A stretch of DNA of 47,989 nt, taken from the NCBI GenBank assembly GCA_029856425.1, contig JAHQWZ010000001.1, positions 1 through 47,989 of the forward strand, given 5' to 3'. Each line of letters begins with the position of its first letter. Position 1 is the stretch's first letter. The notes beneath the pieces are model-generated. The model saw only the letters and a program-made list of their open reading frames with translations, was not told the DNA's origin and ran no database searches. This document shows, piece by piece, positions 1-8,968 of this stretch. This DNA comes from Candidatus Thorarchaeota archaeon (GTDB lineage: Archaea > Asgardarchaeota > Thorarchaeia > Thorarchaeales > Thorarchaeaceae). A program made the translations under genes and the position numbers.

Positions 1-843
1 GCACAGCAATTTAACATGACAGCAAATGCCGTTAAGAAGCGAGTTCAGAAGCTGATTGATACAGGTGTGATTGTACAATTTACTGCCGAGCTATCCCCCG
101 CTATGGTTGATGGTGAGAATTTCCTCGCTGTAATTTCCACTGATGGAGGAGAGAACGAGGAGGAATTCCTCCATCTAATAGGATCGCACACGCTAGTGAG
201 AGAGGTTGGTATATTATCTGGTTCTTCGTATCTAACAATGGGTACATCCATCGGCTCAGAGAGCCTTAGAGACCTTGGCAGCTTTCTTCGAGGATTTGAG
301 AATGTAAGGAGTGTTGAGTTGCACACCCTCGTGAAGGATGCGATTCATGGAAAAAAGACCGACCTAACCAAACTCCAACTCAGAGTCTTGAGGTGCCTCG
401 TCAAAAATCCGCGAATGCCCACCAAAGAAATCTCAGAGCTTACAGGACTTACAGTCAGAAGAACACGAACAAATATCAACAAGCTTCTAGAGAGCGGAGC
501 AGTTTCTCTCGGGATTAGATGGAATCTAAGCGCAGGAGATGGCTTTGTATTTCTTTTGAGAATTCATTGGGATGAGAAAACTGGGAGTCTGGAAGATGTG
601 CTCGTTTTTATTGGTCAAAACTTCCCTGTGGCATTCTACGGTCCATTGATATCAGCTACTGAGCCAATAATTTTCGCGGTTTTTGTGGTTGAACAATTCA
701 AGGATGCGGATTTAATATCAAAAAGGATTGCTGGGGCACCTTTTGTGGCATCTTGTCAGGCGCTTTTTGGCAGACCGTCGGTAAGCTTTCCTGATATACG
801 CAATGCTCGTCTTGAAGAAATCCTCAAGGGTGCTGGACTTTAG
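1..843 (+). CDS. Lrp/AsnC-family regulator with tandem (HTH + RAM-like) x2 architecture; 5' end cut by window edge
   Basis: Frame 1 is open from base 1. AQQFNMTANAVKKRVQKLIDTGVI looks like the end of an AsnC-type HTH and is followed by a RAM-like segment. A second complete unit follows: LQLRVLRCLVKNPRMPTKEISELTGLTVRRTRTNINKLLESGAV plus a second RAM-like segment. Confidence 0.6.
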   Translation, partial: AQQFNMTANAVKKRVQKLIDTGVIVQFTAELSPAMVDGENFLAVISTDGGENEEEFLHLIGSHTLVREVGILSGSSYLTMGTSIGSESLRDLGSFLRGFENVRSVELHTLVKDAIHGKKTDLTKLQLRVLRCLVKNPRMPTKEISELTGLTVRRTRTNINKLLESGAVSLGIRWNLSAGDGFVFLLRIHWDEKTGSLEDVLVFIGQNFPVAFYGPLISATEPIIFAVFVVEQFKDADLISKRIAGAPFVASCQALFGRPSVSFPDIRNARLEEILKGAGL

Positions 844-983
844 ACTCTATCAATCATTAATGTGAACTTTTGGGTTCACAGAATACGTTTCTCCAATACA
901 TTGTCAAGCCCTTACTGAACTTTCTGGCACACACGAATAGAATTGCAGTTTCTACCTATTCTTGGTATAGGTGATATGGAAAA

Positions 984-1763
984 ATGCAGTTCACGATTGA
1001 ACAGACATTGAAGGAAGCCAAAGGATCTGCTATTGAAATGAAGAATCTAACTAAGAGATTCGGGAACTTCACAGCAGTTGATGGGCTTCGTCTTGACATT
1101 GGATGGGGTGAAATCTTTGGCCTTCTAGGACCAAATGGGGCCGGAAAAACAACCACAGTCAACATGCTCTCTACTTTGCTGGATCCAACTGAAGGTGAGG
1201 CTACGGTAGCTGGGCACGATGTTGTGAAGAACGCCAATGAAGTTCGGAAGGTGATCGGCCTATGCCCCCAACAACCAGCGTACTTTCCATACCTAACTGG
1301 TCGGGAAAACATAGAGCTATTTGGCCAGCTCTTTTCCTTGCCTTCAAAACTACTGAATGAACGAATCGAGCTTTTAGCTAAAAGGGTTGGTATGGAGGAT
1401 GATATCGACCGTCGTGCTAGCCATTATAGTGGTGGTATGATACGTCGAGTCAGCACAATCATGGCACTGATTCATAATCCCTCTGTTGCTCTGCTTGACG
1501 AGCCAACAGTCGCAATGGACCCAGTGTCTCGTCGTTCAGTCTGGGACTTCATCAAGGAACTAAGAAGTCAAGACAAAACAATCATCCTCACAACTCATTA
1601 CATGGAAGAAGCGCAGGAACTCTCAGACAGAGTGGGGATTATCGATGAAGGCAGATTGATTGAACTTGGTCCACCTCAGGAGCTGATAGACAAATACGAA
1701 GTCGAAGACTTGGAAGAGGTCTTTGTACTGAGAACGGGCAAGAGGCTGAGGGAGGGGGTCTAG
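984..1763 (+). CDS. ABC transporter ATP-binding protein (ABC-2/DrrA-like)
   Basis: Walker A GPNGAGKTT, signature YSGGMIRRV, Walker B LLDEPT. The stop abuts the permease start. Confidence 0.9.
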   Translation: MQFTIEQTLKEAKGSAIEMKNLTKRFGNFTAVDGLRLDIGWGEIFGLLGPNGAGKTTTVNMLSTLLDPTEGEATVAGHDVVKNANEVRKVIGLCPQQPAYFPYLTGRENIELFGQLFSLPSKLLNERIELLAKRVGMEDDIDRRASHYSGGMIRRVSTIMALIHNPSVALLDEPTVAMDPVSRRSVWDFIKELRSQDKTIILTTHYMEEAQELSDRVGIIDEGRLIELGPPQELIDKYEVEDLEEVFVLRTGKRLREGV

Positions 1764-2927
1764 ATGGACTCGCGACGGGTTCTAGCCTTGGTAAAGAAGA
1801 ACATGAAGAAGCTAGTCAGAGATCCCGGTACTTTGTTCCTGCTAGTGCTGTTCCCTGTTGTTCTCACAACCGTATTTGGATTCGCATTCGGAGGGATTGG
1901 TGAGTCTGGACCACAGAGCTTTGAGATTGGACTAGTCAACTTAGACGACTCATCAGTCCATCCGGAATGGGCTGATGGGTTCATGGCGAATCTGTCAGAA
2001 AAAGATGATATCATTTTAGTGATTTATGATGATAACGAAACGGGACAGGCAGACCTTCTTCAAGGCGGCATAGATGCACTAATTGTAATTCCCAATGACT
2101 TCGGTGACAGCTGCCAATCCTACTGGTCCTCTCCGTTTGATGGAAGCAGTTGGACAAATACATCAATTGGGCTCTACCTTGACAGTGGATCATTAATAGC
2201 TACCATTGCAGTTCCATCGATTGTCCAACAGGTCTTTCTGAGCACACTATTTGGGAACGCACAGATATCACTCGAGGTACCAGTTGACCTCACAAAGCCT
2301 CAGTTCATATCTGCGAATGCATTCTCGCAATGGGACTATATGGTGCCAGGTATGTTTGCATTCTCTGCGATTTTCATCACAGTAATCGTCGCACAGTCGA
2401 TGACGGTGGAGAGAAGTGAGGGACTTCTTAGAAGAATGTCGACTACTCCCTTGACATCTTCAGATTACATGCTTAGTCAAAGTATCTCCTACATGGTCGT
2501 TGCTATTCTTCAGGTTGCGATGATATTTCTGACATCGTATCTGATTGGTTACAGACCTGCCACAGGAATAGCTGGAATTGGATTTGCGTTGATGATACTT
2601 GCAGTCTTTTCCCTATCTTGTGTCGGTTTGGGGCTTATTGCAGCGACATTCTCGAATTCTGCAGATGGGGCTACGGGTTTGGCCTTCATGATTGCTATGC
2701 CGCAGATGTTTCTTGGAACATTCATGCCACTTGGCGGAATAGCTGATACGATTGCTTCCATGATGCCTAGTAAGTATGTGACAGATGCGCTGACTACTTT
2801 ATTCCTGAGAGGCGCAGCAATTGTCACTCCTTCCATTTGGATTGATCTTGCTCTTGTGATTACAGCTAGTATTGCAGTAGTTTTTGCTGGAATACTCGTC
2901 TTCGAGAGATGGGGAAGAGGAAAGTAG
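1764..2927 (+). CDS. ABC-2 type transporter permease
   Basis: N-terminal TM helix, large extracytoplasmic loop, then a C-terminal bundle of about 5 TM helices. Starts immediately after the ATPase gene. Confidence 0.8.
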   Translation: MDSRRVLALVKKNMKKLVRDPGTLFLLVLFPVVLTTVFGFAFGGIGESGPQSFEIGLVNLDDSSVHPEWADGFMANLSEKDDIILVIYDDNETGQADLLQGGIDALIVIPNDFGDSCQSYWSSPFDGSSWTNTSIGLYLDSGSLIATIAVPSIVQQVFLSTLFGNAQISLEVPVDLTKPQFISANAFSQWDYMVPGMFAFSAIFITVIVAQSMTVERSEGLLRRMSTTPLTSSDYMLSQSISYMVVAILQVAMIFLTSYLIGYRPATGIAGIGFALMILAVFSLSCVGLGLIAATFSNSADGATGLAFMIAMPQMFLGTFMPLGGIADTIASMMPSKYVTDALTTLFLRGAAIVTPSIWIDLALVITASIAVVFAGILVFERWGRGK

Positions 2928-2928
2928 A

Positions 2929-3372
2929 ATGGAACTCTCCGATTTGGTTGAGGGGTACGAGCTTCTACGCTCTACCTCTCAACTCGACCCTCTATATTCT
3001 GAAACCGGACGAACGGTCCTCCTTCATGATGATGGATATGTTAGAGTCTATCTCACTAAAGGACCCGATAAATGGGAGGAGATTAGTCTTGAGATTGATG
3101 TCTTCATGGGGATTGGCCGTAGCCCGGAATCAGATCAGTCCAGATCAATTAACGATAATGCTGACGATGTGAGCTTATCGAGATCTCAGCTGATTGAATG
3201 CATTTCCTACATAGAATACATGCTTCGTTTGGAGGAGGCGGGATTCAATCTGGAGGTCGTATTGGATGGATGCATTTGGACTGCACGTTACACTATTGGA
3301 AGAAATCCTGACTCTCAGTTGCTTAGGACAATAGCCCCTCCAAATCACTATGATTCAGGTGAACGAAAATGA
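2929..3372 (+). CDS. hypothetical protein
   Basis: ORF 2884..3372. The internal ATG at 2929 (MELSDLVEG) avoids overlap with the permease. ATGA overlap with the next gene. Confidence 0.45.
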   Translation: MELSDLVEGYELLRSTSQLDPLYSETGRTVLLHDDGYVRVYLTKGPDKWEEISLEIDVFMGIGRSPESDQSRSINDNADDVSLSRSQLIECISYIEYMLRLEEAGFNLEVVLDGCIWTARYTIGRNPDSQLLRTIAPPNHYDSGERK

Positions 3373-3872
3373 GTGAATACACAAAAATGAAACAAGAAGT
3401 TGACGAAGTAAAGCTCGAAATACGAGAATTAGAACCAAACCAACTAGCCTCAATATCAAGACGAGCAGTAGCCCAGATGATTGATTTCGCGGTCTTGGCG
3501 ATAGTTTTCATACTAGCTACCTACCTAGTAAAAGGTGTCTGGCTCATGCTACCCGGCGACCACTTATGGATAATCTTTGATCCTATCTGCGGAGTTTTCT
3601 TGATAGCCATCTTTGCTTATTTCATAGGAATGGAAGGACTATTTGGATTCACCCTTGGGAAACGCATCACTGGGATTCGTATCGTCAGCGAGCAAGGCAA
3701 GAAGATAACCATGAAGCAGTCTGCGAAACGAAACTTGTTCAGACTCGTTGATGGCATTGCGATGTACATCATTGGAATATGGATTGCAAGAAAGTCCGCG
3801 CTGCTTCAAAGATATGGTGACAAGGCTGGACAGACAGTTGTCATTCGACCATTGGCTATCAAATCCATCTAG
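3369..3872 (+). CDS. RDD-family membrane protein
   Basis: RRAVAQMIDFAVLAIVF and GKRITGIRIV motifs are typical of RDD domains. Three hydrophobic helices. Confidence 0.7.
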   Translation: MSEYTKMKQEVDEVKLEIRELEPNQLASISRRAVAQMIDFAVLAIVFILATYLVKGVWLMLPGDHLWIIFDPICGVFLIAIFAYFIGMEGLFGFTLGKRITGIRIVSEQGKKITMKQSAKRNLFRLVDGIAMYIIGIWIARKSALLQRYGDKAGQTVVIRPLAIKSI

Positions 3873-3970
3873 ATAAGCCAACTGTTCGTTTCACAAAATA
3901 AATAGATGCGGAGGCCAATCTAAGAGAAGCAGCAACCTCCGCCAGTTCTTATGCGCTGAAATTGACAAAA

Positions 3971-4144
3971 TCACATCTTCGCTTCAAAGGCTTCCATACA
4001 CTTCTCTGTGTCGAATTGGTAGCTTTTGCCCCCTACATCGAGCTGGTAGTGTCCGCCCGGACGCATTTTGCTTCCACACTCATCGCAAGTGATATCGAGC
4101 TTCCCACCAATAACGCTCACAAATTTCTTGATTCTCTCGGCCAT
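3971..4144 (-). CDS. small TRASH/YHS-like zinc-ribbon protein (57 aa, below ORF-track cutoff)
   Basis: Reverse strand reads MAERIKKFVSVIGGKLDITCDECGSKMRPGGHYQLDVGGKSYQFDTEKCMEAFEAKM. Pattern is CxxCG ... Y.F....C..F. GGAG lies 8 nt upstream of the ATG. Confidence 0.5.
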   Translation of the reverse strand: MAERIKKFVSVIGGKLDITCDECGSKMRPGGHYQLDVGGKSYQFDTEKCMEAFEAKM

Positions 4145-4169
4145 TGACAATTCTCCATTCGACTTAGCC

Positions 4170-4188
4170 GGTACTCAGAATGAGTACC
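4170..4188. promoter_or_regulatory. perfect 8-bp inverted repeat GGTACTCA-GAA-TGAGTACC
   Basis: Read directly. Lies 26-44 nt upstream of the small TRASH-like ORF start (4144, minus). Could be an operator or a hairpin. Confidence 0.4.
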
Positions 4189-4344
4189 TTTGACCACATC
4201 GAATGCCAAATAATGCCGAAACTTCTACATAAACCATTGGAGTAGAACCCTAAACAGAGAGAGGCAGAGGGGGCGGCGGTAGAGTATTAGGGAATCGCCT
4301 AGGAATCATGACTGAGAACCCTCTCTTTTTACATTTTCAGTTTC

Positions 4345-5034
4345 TCAAGGGTGTCCGTATGGTCCAAGAGGGATGAGGTCGAGCAACCCTGGAGGACTTA
4401 CTGTTCCAAACAAGGCCCAGCCAATGACTAGTGAAAGCCCGAAGAGAATCAAAGGTACAATTGCTCTGTTCCACGAAAGTCCGTACAGATAGTGAGCTGT
4501 CGCACTGAACTGTAAGAACCCTGTCCAAAGGAGTCCAATTGCAGCGGAAAATGGCAAGAAGCCGAAAAGGAGCGAGGGCAGATCGCCATAGCACACGCCA
4601 GCAAGTGCGTATCCATACATGCCTTTCCCACCCATGACACGGCTGTATAGAACATGGATGAAGAATGCAAAAAAGAGGGCGGTGAGGATTGTTTCAAAAT
4701 AGACGACAGGAACGCAAATGAGCCATGAAATAGCTGAGTTTCCCATGTACGAGTAGATAAGTGGGAACCAATCCTTATGGATTGATAAGAACACTTGGTT
4801 GCCGTAATGAAAATCCAGTATTGGCCATACAGATACCCCAAGAATCCAGTCGTTTATGGCAATCCATAATGGTATGGCAGCACAGTAGACAACTAGGAAT
4901 ATTGCAAGGAATAGAATGGGATGTTTTATGTTCTCCATTCTGGTTTGAACATCTTCTCGCTCTGGTAATCTCCTAAAGAATTCAGTTGGATTTGCGAGAA
5001 TCATCTGTGCTTTGGACAGAGCCGTATTCATCAT
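4345..5034 (-). CDS. Yip1-domain-like polytopic membrane protein
   Basis: MMNTALSKAQMILANPTEFFRRL followed by about 5 TM helices. Start chosen at 5034 because AGAGGGTG lies just upstream. Alternatives are 5052 and 5181. Confidence 0.5.
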   Translation of the reverse strand: MMNTALSKAQMILANPTEFFRRLPEREDVQTRMENIKHPILFLAIFLVVYCAAIPLWIAINDWILGVSVWPILDFHYGNQVFLSIHKDWFPLIYSYMGNSAISWLICVPVVYFETILTALFFAFFIHVLYSRVMGGKGMYGYALAGVCYGDLPSLLFGFLPFSAAIGLLWTGFLQFSATAHYLYGLSWNRAIVPLILFGLSLVIGWALFGTVSPPGLLDLIPLGPYGHP

Positions 5035-5054
5035 AATCCACCCTCTTTTCATTT

Positions 5055-5071
5055 TAATGCAAATTGCATTA
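5055..5071. promoter_or_regulatory. perfect palindrome TAATGCAA-A-TTGCATTA in a divergent promoter region
   Basis: 8-bp arms with a 1-nt centre, between the Yip1-like gene (minus) and the wHTH gene (plus, ATG 5114). A/T-rich TATA-like stretch GATATATTTATC lies at about 5080-5091. Confidence 0.5.
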
Positions 5072-5113
5072 TGATGCAAAGATATATTTATCTTGCTTTT
5101 ATAGCAATACAAC

Positions 5114-5587
5114 ATGTCTTCCCTTGTCGAGATGAGGTTGCAGGCAATACTAGCAAAGATTGCTGTTGCAAGAGGATTCATTGCTGTCGAGGGGTCAATT
5201 CTGGGGGCTCTACTACTCCACCCTCAACCAAGGACTCAACGAGACATCGCGAAAGCAGTTGGGCGCAGCCAGTCTACTGTTTCGAGAGCCTTGCGCCGCC
5301 TGACAGAGAGGGGAGTTGTCGAATGGCACCGAAAGATTGGTTCAAGAGAGATGCTTTTCACACTCGTGAGTGACAGTCCCAGAGGGTTAATTCTCTCAGG
5401 ATTACTCAGATGGATCAATACTAATTCAGTCTTGAGAAATGAGTTGATGATACTAATTGGTGAGCAGGACTCCAAACTCGATGTTAGAGTCGAACGGGTT
5501 GCAAGAGAGATGATTGAAACGATAGATTATGCAAGTCATGTTCTCAAACCGGTAATCAGCGATCTTGAAATGGACGAACCAAGGTAA
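5114..5587 (+). CDS. MarR/TrmB-like winged-helix transcriptional regulator
   Basis: QRDIAKAVGRSQSTVSRALRRLTERGVVEWHRK is a classic HTH plus wing. Confidence 0.65.
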   Translation: MSSLVEMRLQAILAKIAVARGFIAVEGSILGALLLHPQPRTQRDIAKAVGRSQSTVSRALRRLTERGVVEWHRKIGSREMLFTLVSDSPRGLILSGLLRWINTNSVLRNELMILIGEQDSKLDVRVERVAREMIETIDYASHVLKPVISDLEMDEPR

Positions 5588-5870
5588 AGAAATCGGTAAT
5601 TAATCACTGCACTGGCTCGTAATCATTCTTTTAGCCCCTTCTCATTTTGCGGCATAACCATGGGCATACTAATCGAATGGGGATTCTCAATCGTTCATTG
5701 CTGAGTACCTATCATTTTGTGGAAACTTATCATCGTCTAGAACTTATGCTTTCGAGAACTAGAATGAGGCTTGATTGTTTCTAAAAACACAATGATGTAC
5801 CGCCAAACCCACGATTCATTTATATATCGCAATTATTCGATGAATTAAGGAACATGCGCTGGTGTAGAAA

Positions 5871-6950
5871 GTGAGTGAGGATATTCAAACTAAGCTTGAG
5901 CTGAATACTGATATTGAGAAGCCTATGCAATCAGGAAAGGCACTTGGAATCTTCGAGAAGTACCTGCCCCTCTGGGTTGCAATCTGCATGGTTATTGGAA
6001 TTCTTCTTTCACTGACTATCCCCGGCATAGGAGAGGCAATCGATTCTTGGAAGGTTGGGAATATCTCAGTGCCCATCGGGATTTGTCTATTCCTGATGAT
6101 GTATCCAGCAATGCTCAATATCCAAGCATCCGAGTTGAAGAAACTTGGTCGAAATCCAAAGCCCATCATTCTAACATTGTTCTCAAACTGGATCATTGCC
6201 CCCATTGTTGGATTTGCCCTTGCGAATCTTTTCTTAGCTGGGAATGAGCAACTGATAGTGGCGATAATCCTGCTTTCCTCAAGTCCTTGTACTGCAATGG
6301 TCCTAGTATGGGGATACCTAGCTGAGGGAAACCAAGAACAAAATGTAGTAAATACAAGTCTTAACACAGCCACAATAATCATCCTCTATGCACCCATTGT
6401 TGCACTTCTCACAGGAATATCAGCCATTCCTCTCGATCAATGGGCATTGTTTGTTTCAGTGCTTGTATTCATAGGAATCCCTTTGGTGCTTGGAATCATT
6501 ACAAGGAAATCACTCATCCCTTGGAAAGGAATAGAATGGTTTGATAACAAGTATCGTCCAGCTGTAGGTAAACTGGCACTGCTAGCCCTCCTGACCACTC
6601 TGGTTGTGCTTTTCTCCTTGAACGGGAGAGTCATGCTGGAGAATCCGGACCTCCTAGTTCTGATTTCAATCCCACTCTTGATTGGATTTGCCATAGTCGT
6701 CTGCTATAACCTCCTTGTGACACGAATGGCAAACCTCGCCTACAGAGAGGGTGTGATTACTGTCATCATTGGCTCGTCAAGCCACTTTGAGATCGCTATC
6801 GCTACAGCAATCGCAATCTATGGAGTTGGATCTATAGCTGCACTTGGAACAACTATGGGGCTATTCTGGGAAGTGCCAGTGATGTTGGGCATTGTCTATT
6901 TAGGCAAGTATCTGCGAAAGAGAAGCTATTGGAAAGGAAAACCACTGTAG
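5871..6950 (+). CDS. acr3: ACR3-family arsenite efflux permease
   Basis: GTG start. FEKYLPLWVAICMVIG, LMMYPAM, SNWIIAPIVGFAL and SSSPCTAMVLVW (conserved Cys) are typical of ACR3. About 10 TM helices. Confidence 0.85.
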   Translation: MSEDIQTKLELNTDIEKPMQSGKALGIFEKYLPLWVAICMVIGILLSLTIPGIGEAIDSWKVGNISVPIGICLFLMMYPAMLNIQASELKKLGRNPKPIILTLFSNWIIAPIVGFALANLFLAGNEQLIVAIILLSSSPCTAMVLVWGYLAEGNQEQNVVNTSLNTATIIILYAPIVALLTGISAIPLDQWALFVSVLVFIGIPLVLGIITRKSLIPWKGIEWFDNKYRPAVGKLALLALLTTLVVLFSLNGRVMLENPDLLVLISIPLLIGFAIVVCYNLLVTRMANLAYREGVITVIIGSSSHFEIAIATAIAIYGVGSIAALGTTMGLFWEVPVMLGIVYLGKYLRKRSYWKGKPL

Positions 6951-6979
6951 TTTCGAATCATTATAGAGAGTGATACTAG

Positions 6980-7276
6980 ATGACCATTAATAAGGAGAAT
7001 TTATGGAGAGCGAATTTTCACAAAGCCCTTGGCAACCCGGTGCGGTTAGAGATTGTGGACTTTCTATTGGGTGGTGAACAATGCCAGTGTGATATCTTCC
7101 CTCGCATTGGTCTGGCTCAGTCAACAGTTTCTGCATATCTAACTCAGATGGTCCGAGCTGGTGTATTGCGTGTGCGAAAGGATGGTGTCAGGAAGCTCTA
7201 TAGAATCAGTGATCTCAAAGTTCAGAGGCTGATAGAGCAGAATCGCAATCTTGCTCGAGAGATGGTAGATCTATAA
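6980..7276 (+). CDS. arsR: ArsR/SmtB-family metalloregulator
   Basis: FHKALGNPVRLEIVDFLLGGEQCQCDI (CxC metalloid site in an ELCVCDL-like position) followed by an HTH. Directly downstream of acr3. Confidence 0.85.
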   Translation: MTINKENLWRANFHKALGNPVRLEIVDFLLGGEQCQCDIFPRIGLAQSTVSAYLTQMVRAGVLRVRKDGVRKLYRISDLKVQRLIEQNRNLAREMVDL

Positions 7277-7328
7277 TCATCATTCTGAACCGACCAGACG
7301 CAGGAATTAATTTACATAGTAGAGGTTT

Positions 7329-7785
7329 CTATGAGATAGAGCATTTGTAGAAACACGTTTCTCTCACTGCTGAGTACTCTCTCATTTGCTGGCCGTCCGA
7401 CCTTGTGAGCCTAAATGCTCCCACGAAAAGAATCAATGGGCCAATAACCAGGATGGGTGTAATGGCGGCAAGCATACCAAGAATGACACTCTCCAAAAAG
7501 ATGCCTGACCTGAATTCGATGGTAAAGTCAAGTATGGTGGCGAACATGGGGATGATTAGAGCTGAAACTGTATTCGTAGTGAAGGCTGAACTCTTTGTGT
7601 CTTCGTACGCCGGATTTACAGCTGTGATTCGAATACCGAATAGTATTGTGATGCAGAGAACCAGATATGCGTGTACCAGTACCATTGGTTTCCTTGACTT
7701 GAAGAGTTAGACTATCAATTGCATGAATCTTACCAAAATGCTTAGTCAACCCCTCAGCCAGAAAAACAGCGGCCTCTGTATTCAT
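7329..7785 (-). pseudogene. deletion remnant of an ABC-2 transporter operon (ATPase N-terminus joined out of frame to a membrane-protein tail)
   Basis: ORF 7528..7785 begins VFLAEGLTKHFGKIHAIDSLTLQVKE, the pre-Walker-A strand of an ABC ATPase. No Walker A follows. About 100 nt in, a different frame (7329..7685) encodes a 3-TM hydrophobic tail. Confidence 0.45.
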
Positions 7786-7937
7786 GGGACTTCACCTGAT
7801 TCCTATCTACTAGATTCCTCCATCTCGGCATTGGTGCTGCTCAACGCTGTTTCAGCATCTTCCAAATGAAGGAGCTTTTAATATCATGCAGCGGAGGGAG
7901 ATGCGTCTGCAATTTCTGAGGTCATGATAGCGTGAGC

Positions 7938-8354
7938 CTATTTTTCAAGGAGTGTACGGAAGATGTTATGATGGTCTTCCTCATCAGCCAGAATGTCTTC
8001 AAACAACTCTCGTGTGACGTAGTCCTTCTCGTTCGCTGCCTTCTCGATAATTGTGCGATAGAAATCCATTGTCTCCTCTTCAGCCATCATATCGTTGGTG
8101 ATCATCGATTCCGGAGTGTCACCAACAGTGATTTTTGCAGGATTTGTTGTGGGTATACCTCCAAGGTAATCCACACGTTCAGCTATGCTTTCTGCATGCT
8201 GCATCTCCTCAATTGCAATCTTCTTGAGTTCCTCAGCGATAGCGAGGTGATTGAATCCATAGATCCTCACATGCTGCCACATGTATTGGATGGATACTTG
8301 TAGCTCCAAACTGATCGCCTTGTTCAACATTTCAATAAGGTCTTTCGATGTCAT
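7938..8354 (-). CDS. bacterioferritin/ferritin-like four-helix-bundle protein
   Basis: LNKAISLELQVSIQYMWQH ... EEMQHAESIAERV ... AEEETM ... ADEEDHH gives di-iron E/ExxH ligand spacing. GGAGGT lies 5 nt upstream of the ATG. Confidence 0.8.
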   Translation of the reverse strand: MTSKDLIEMLNKAISLELQVSIQYMWQHVRIYGFNHLAIAEELKKIAIEEMQHAESIAERVDYLGGIPTTNPAKITVGDTPESMITNDMMAEEETMDFYRTIIEKAANEKDYVTRELFEDILADEEDHHNIFRTLLEK

Positions 8355-8968
8355 GACTCAACCTCCATAGTCAGCTACACGAGGTCTTAGCTTTTACTTA
8401 TGGCTTTCCAAAATTATCTTCTGACAAAAGGATAGGAGTTCCTCTCTTGGTCGGCTGTGTATGTTTTTATCAGAGTGCTCCGGAGTATAATGCACCATGA
8501 CATCGTCCGATAACACCACCGCTTCTGCCACTAGAAATGAACAGCTGATGCTGTTTGAGGCCATTGTCCTTGGAATTTATGGCAATTGATTAGTCACATT
8601 GATTCAATTGGTATCCTTCACAGCAACTCTGATTGCAATTCAAGTTGCCTTATCCCTTGTTTCTCTTGTGAGTCTAATAGCTCTATTTGGCTATTGGAGT
8701 GTTTGGAGGCAAACTCGAAAACCATTATGTTGTATTGATGCTTGCTTTTCTACATTTCATTCCACTTTGCATCACACTGGTAATGGAAAGGTTGCTGATT
8801 CAAGATGCCTTTTTCCTTATGATAGGAGGAATCCTCTTTTCGATGATATATATGGCAGAGCACACGAGAGCCAGAAATGTCGAACGAATGAGAGTCACCA
8901 GCTAAAAATCATGACGCAGCAGATGAGCAGCCGTTCAATTTCTAGAAACCATATGTGTTCCCATACAA

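Noticed and set aside
3962-4147. Plus-strand 61-aa ORF from the ORF track.
   Set aside because: The opposite strand encodes a 57-aa ORF with a CxxCG...C zinc-ribbon pattern and a GGAG SD site, which is the better explanation.
4258-4326. AGAGAGG ... CCTCTCT inverted repeat followed by TTTTT, in the GC-rich spacer downstream of the Yip1-like gene. Considered as an ncRNA or terminator.
   Set aside because: The stem is only 7 bp with a ~55-nt loop, and there is no covariation information. It cannot be distinguished from chance by eye.
5062-5075. Exact 14-mer AATTGCATTATGAT shared between the 5055-5071 palindrome region and a second divergent promoter at 19140-19153 (between the MFS and peroxiredoxin-like genes).
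   Set aside because: About 4 exact 14-mer repeats are expected by chance in a 48-kb window (N^2/2 divided by 4^14), and the second site lacks the palindromic partner arm. It is worth including in a motif scan but is not evidence on its own.
5588-5870. The 283-bp spacer upstream of acr3, examined for an ArsR operator or a riboswitch-like structure.
   Set aside because: Only a TATA-like TTTATATA at about 5819-5826 and weak imperfect repeats are visible. No convincing palindrome or conserved structure was found.
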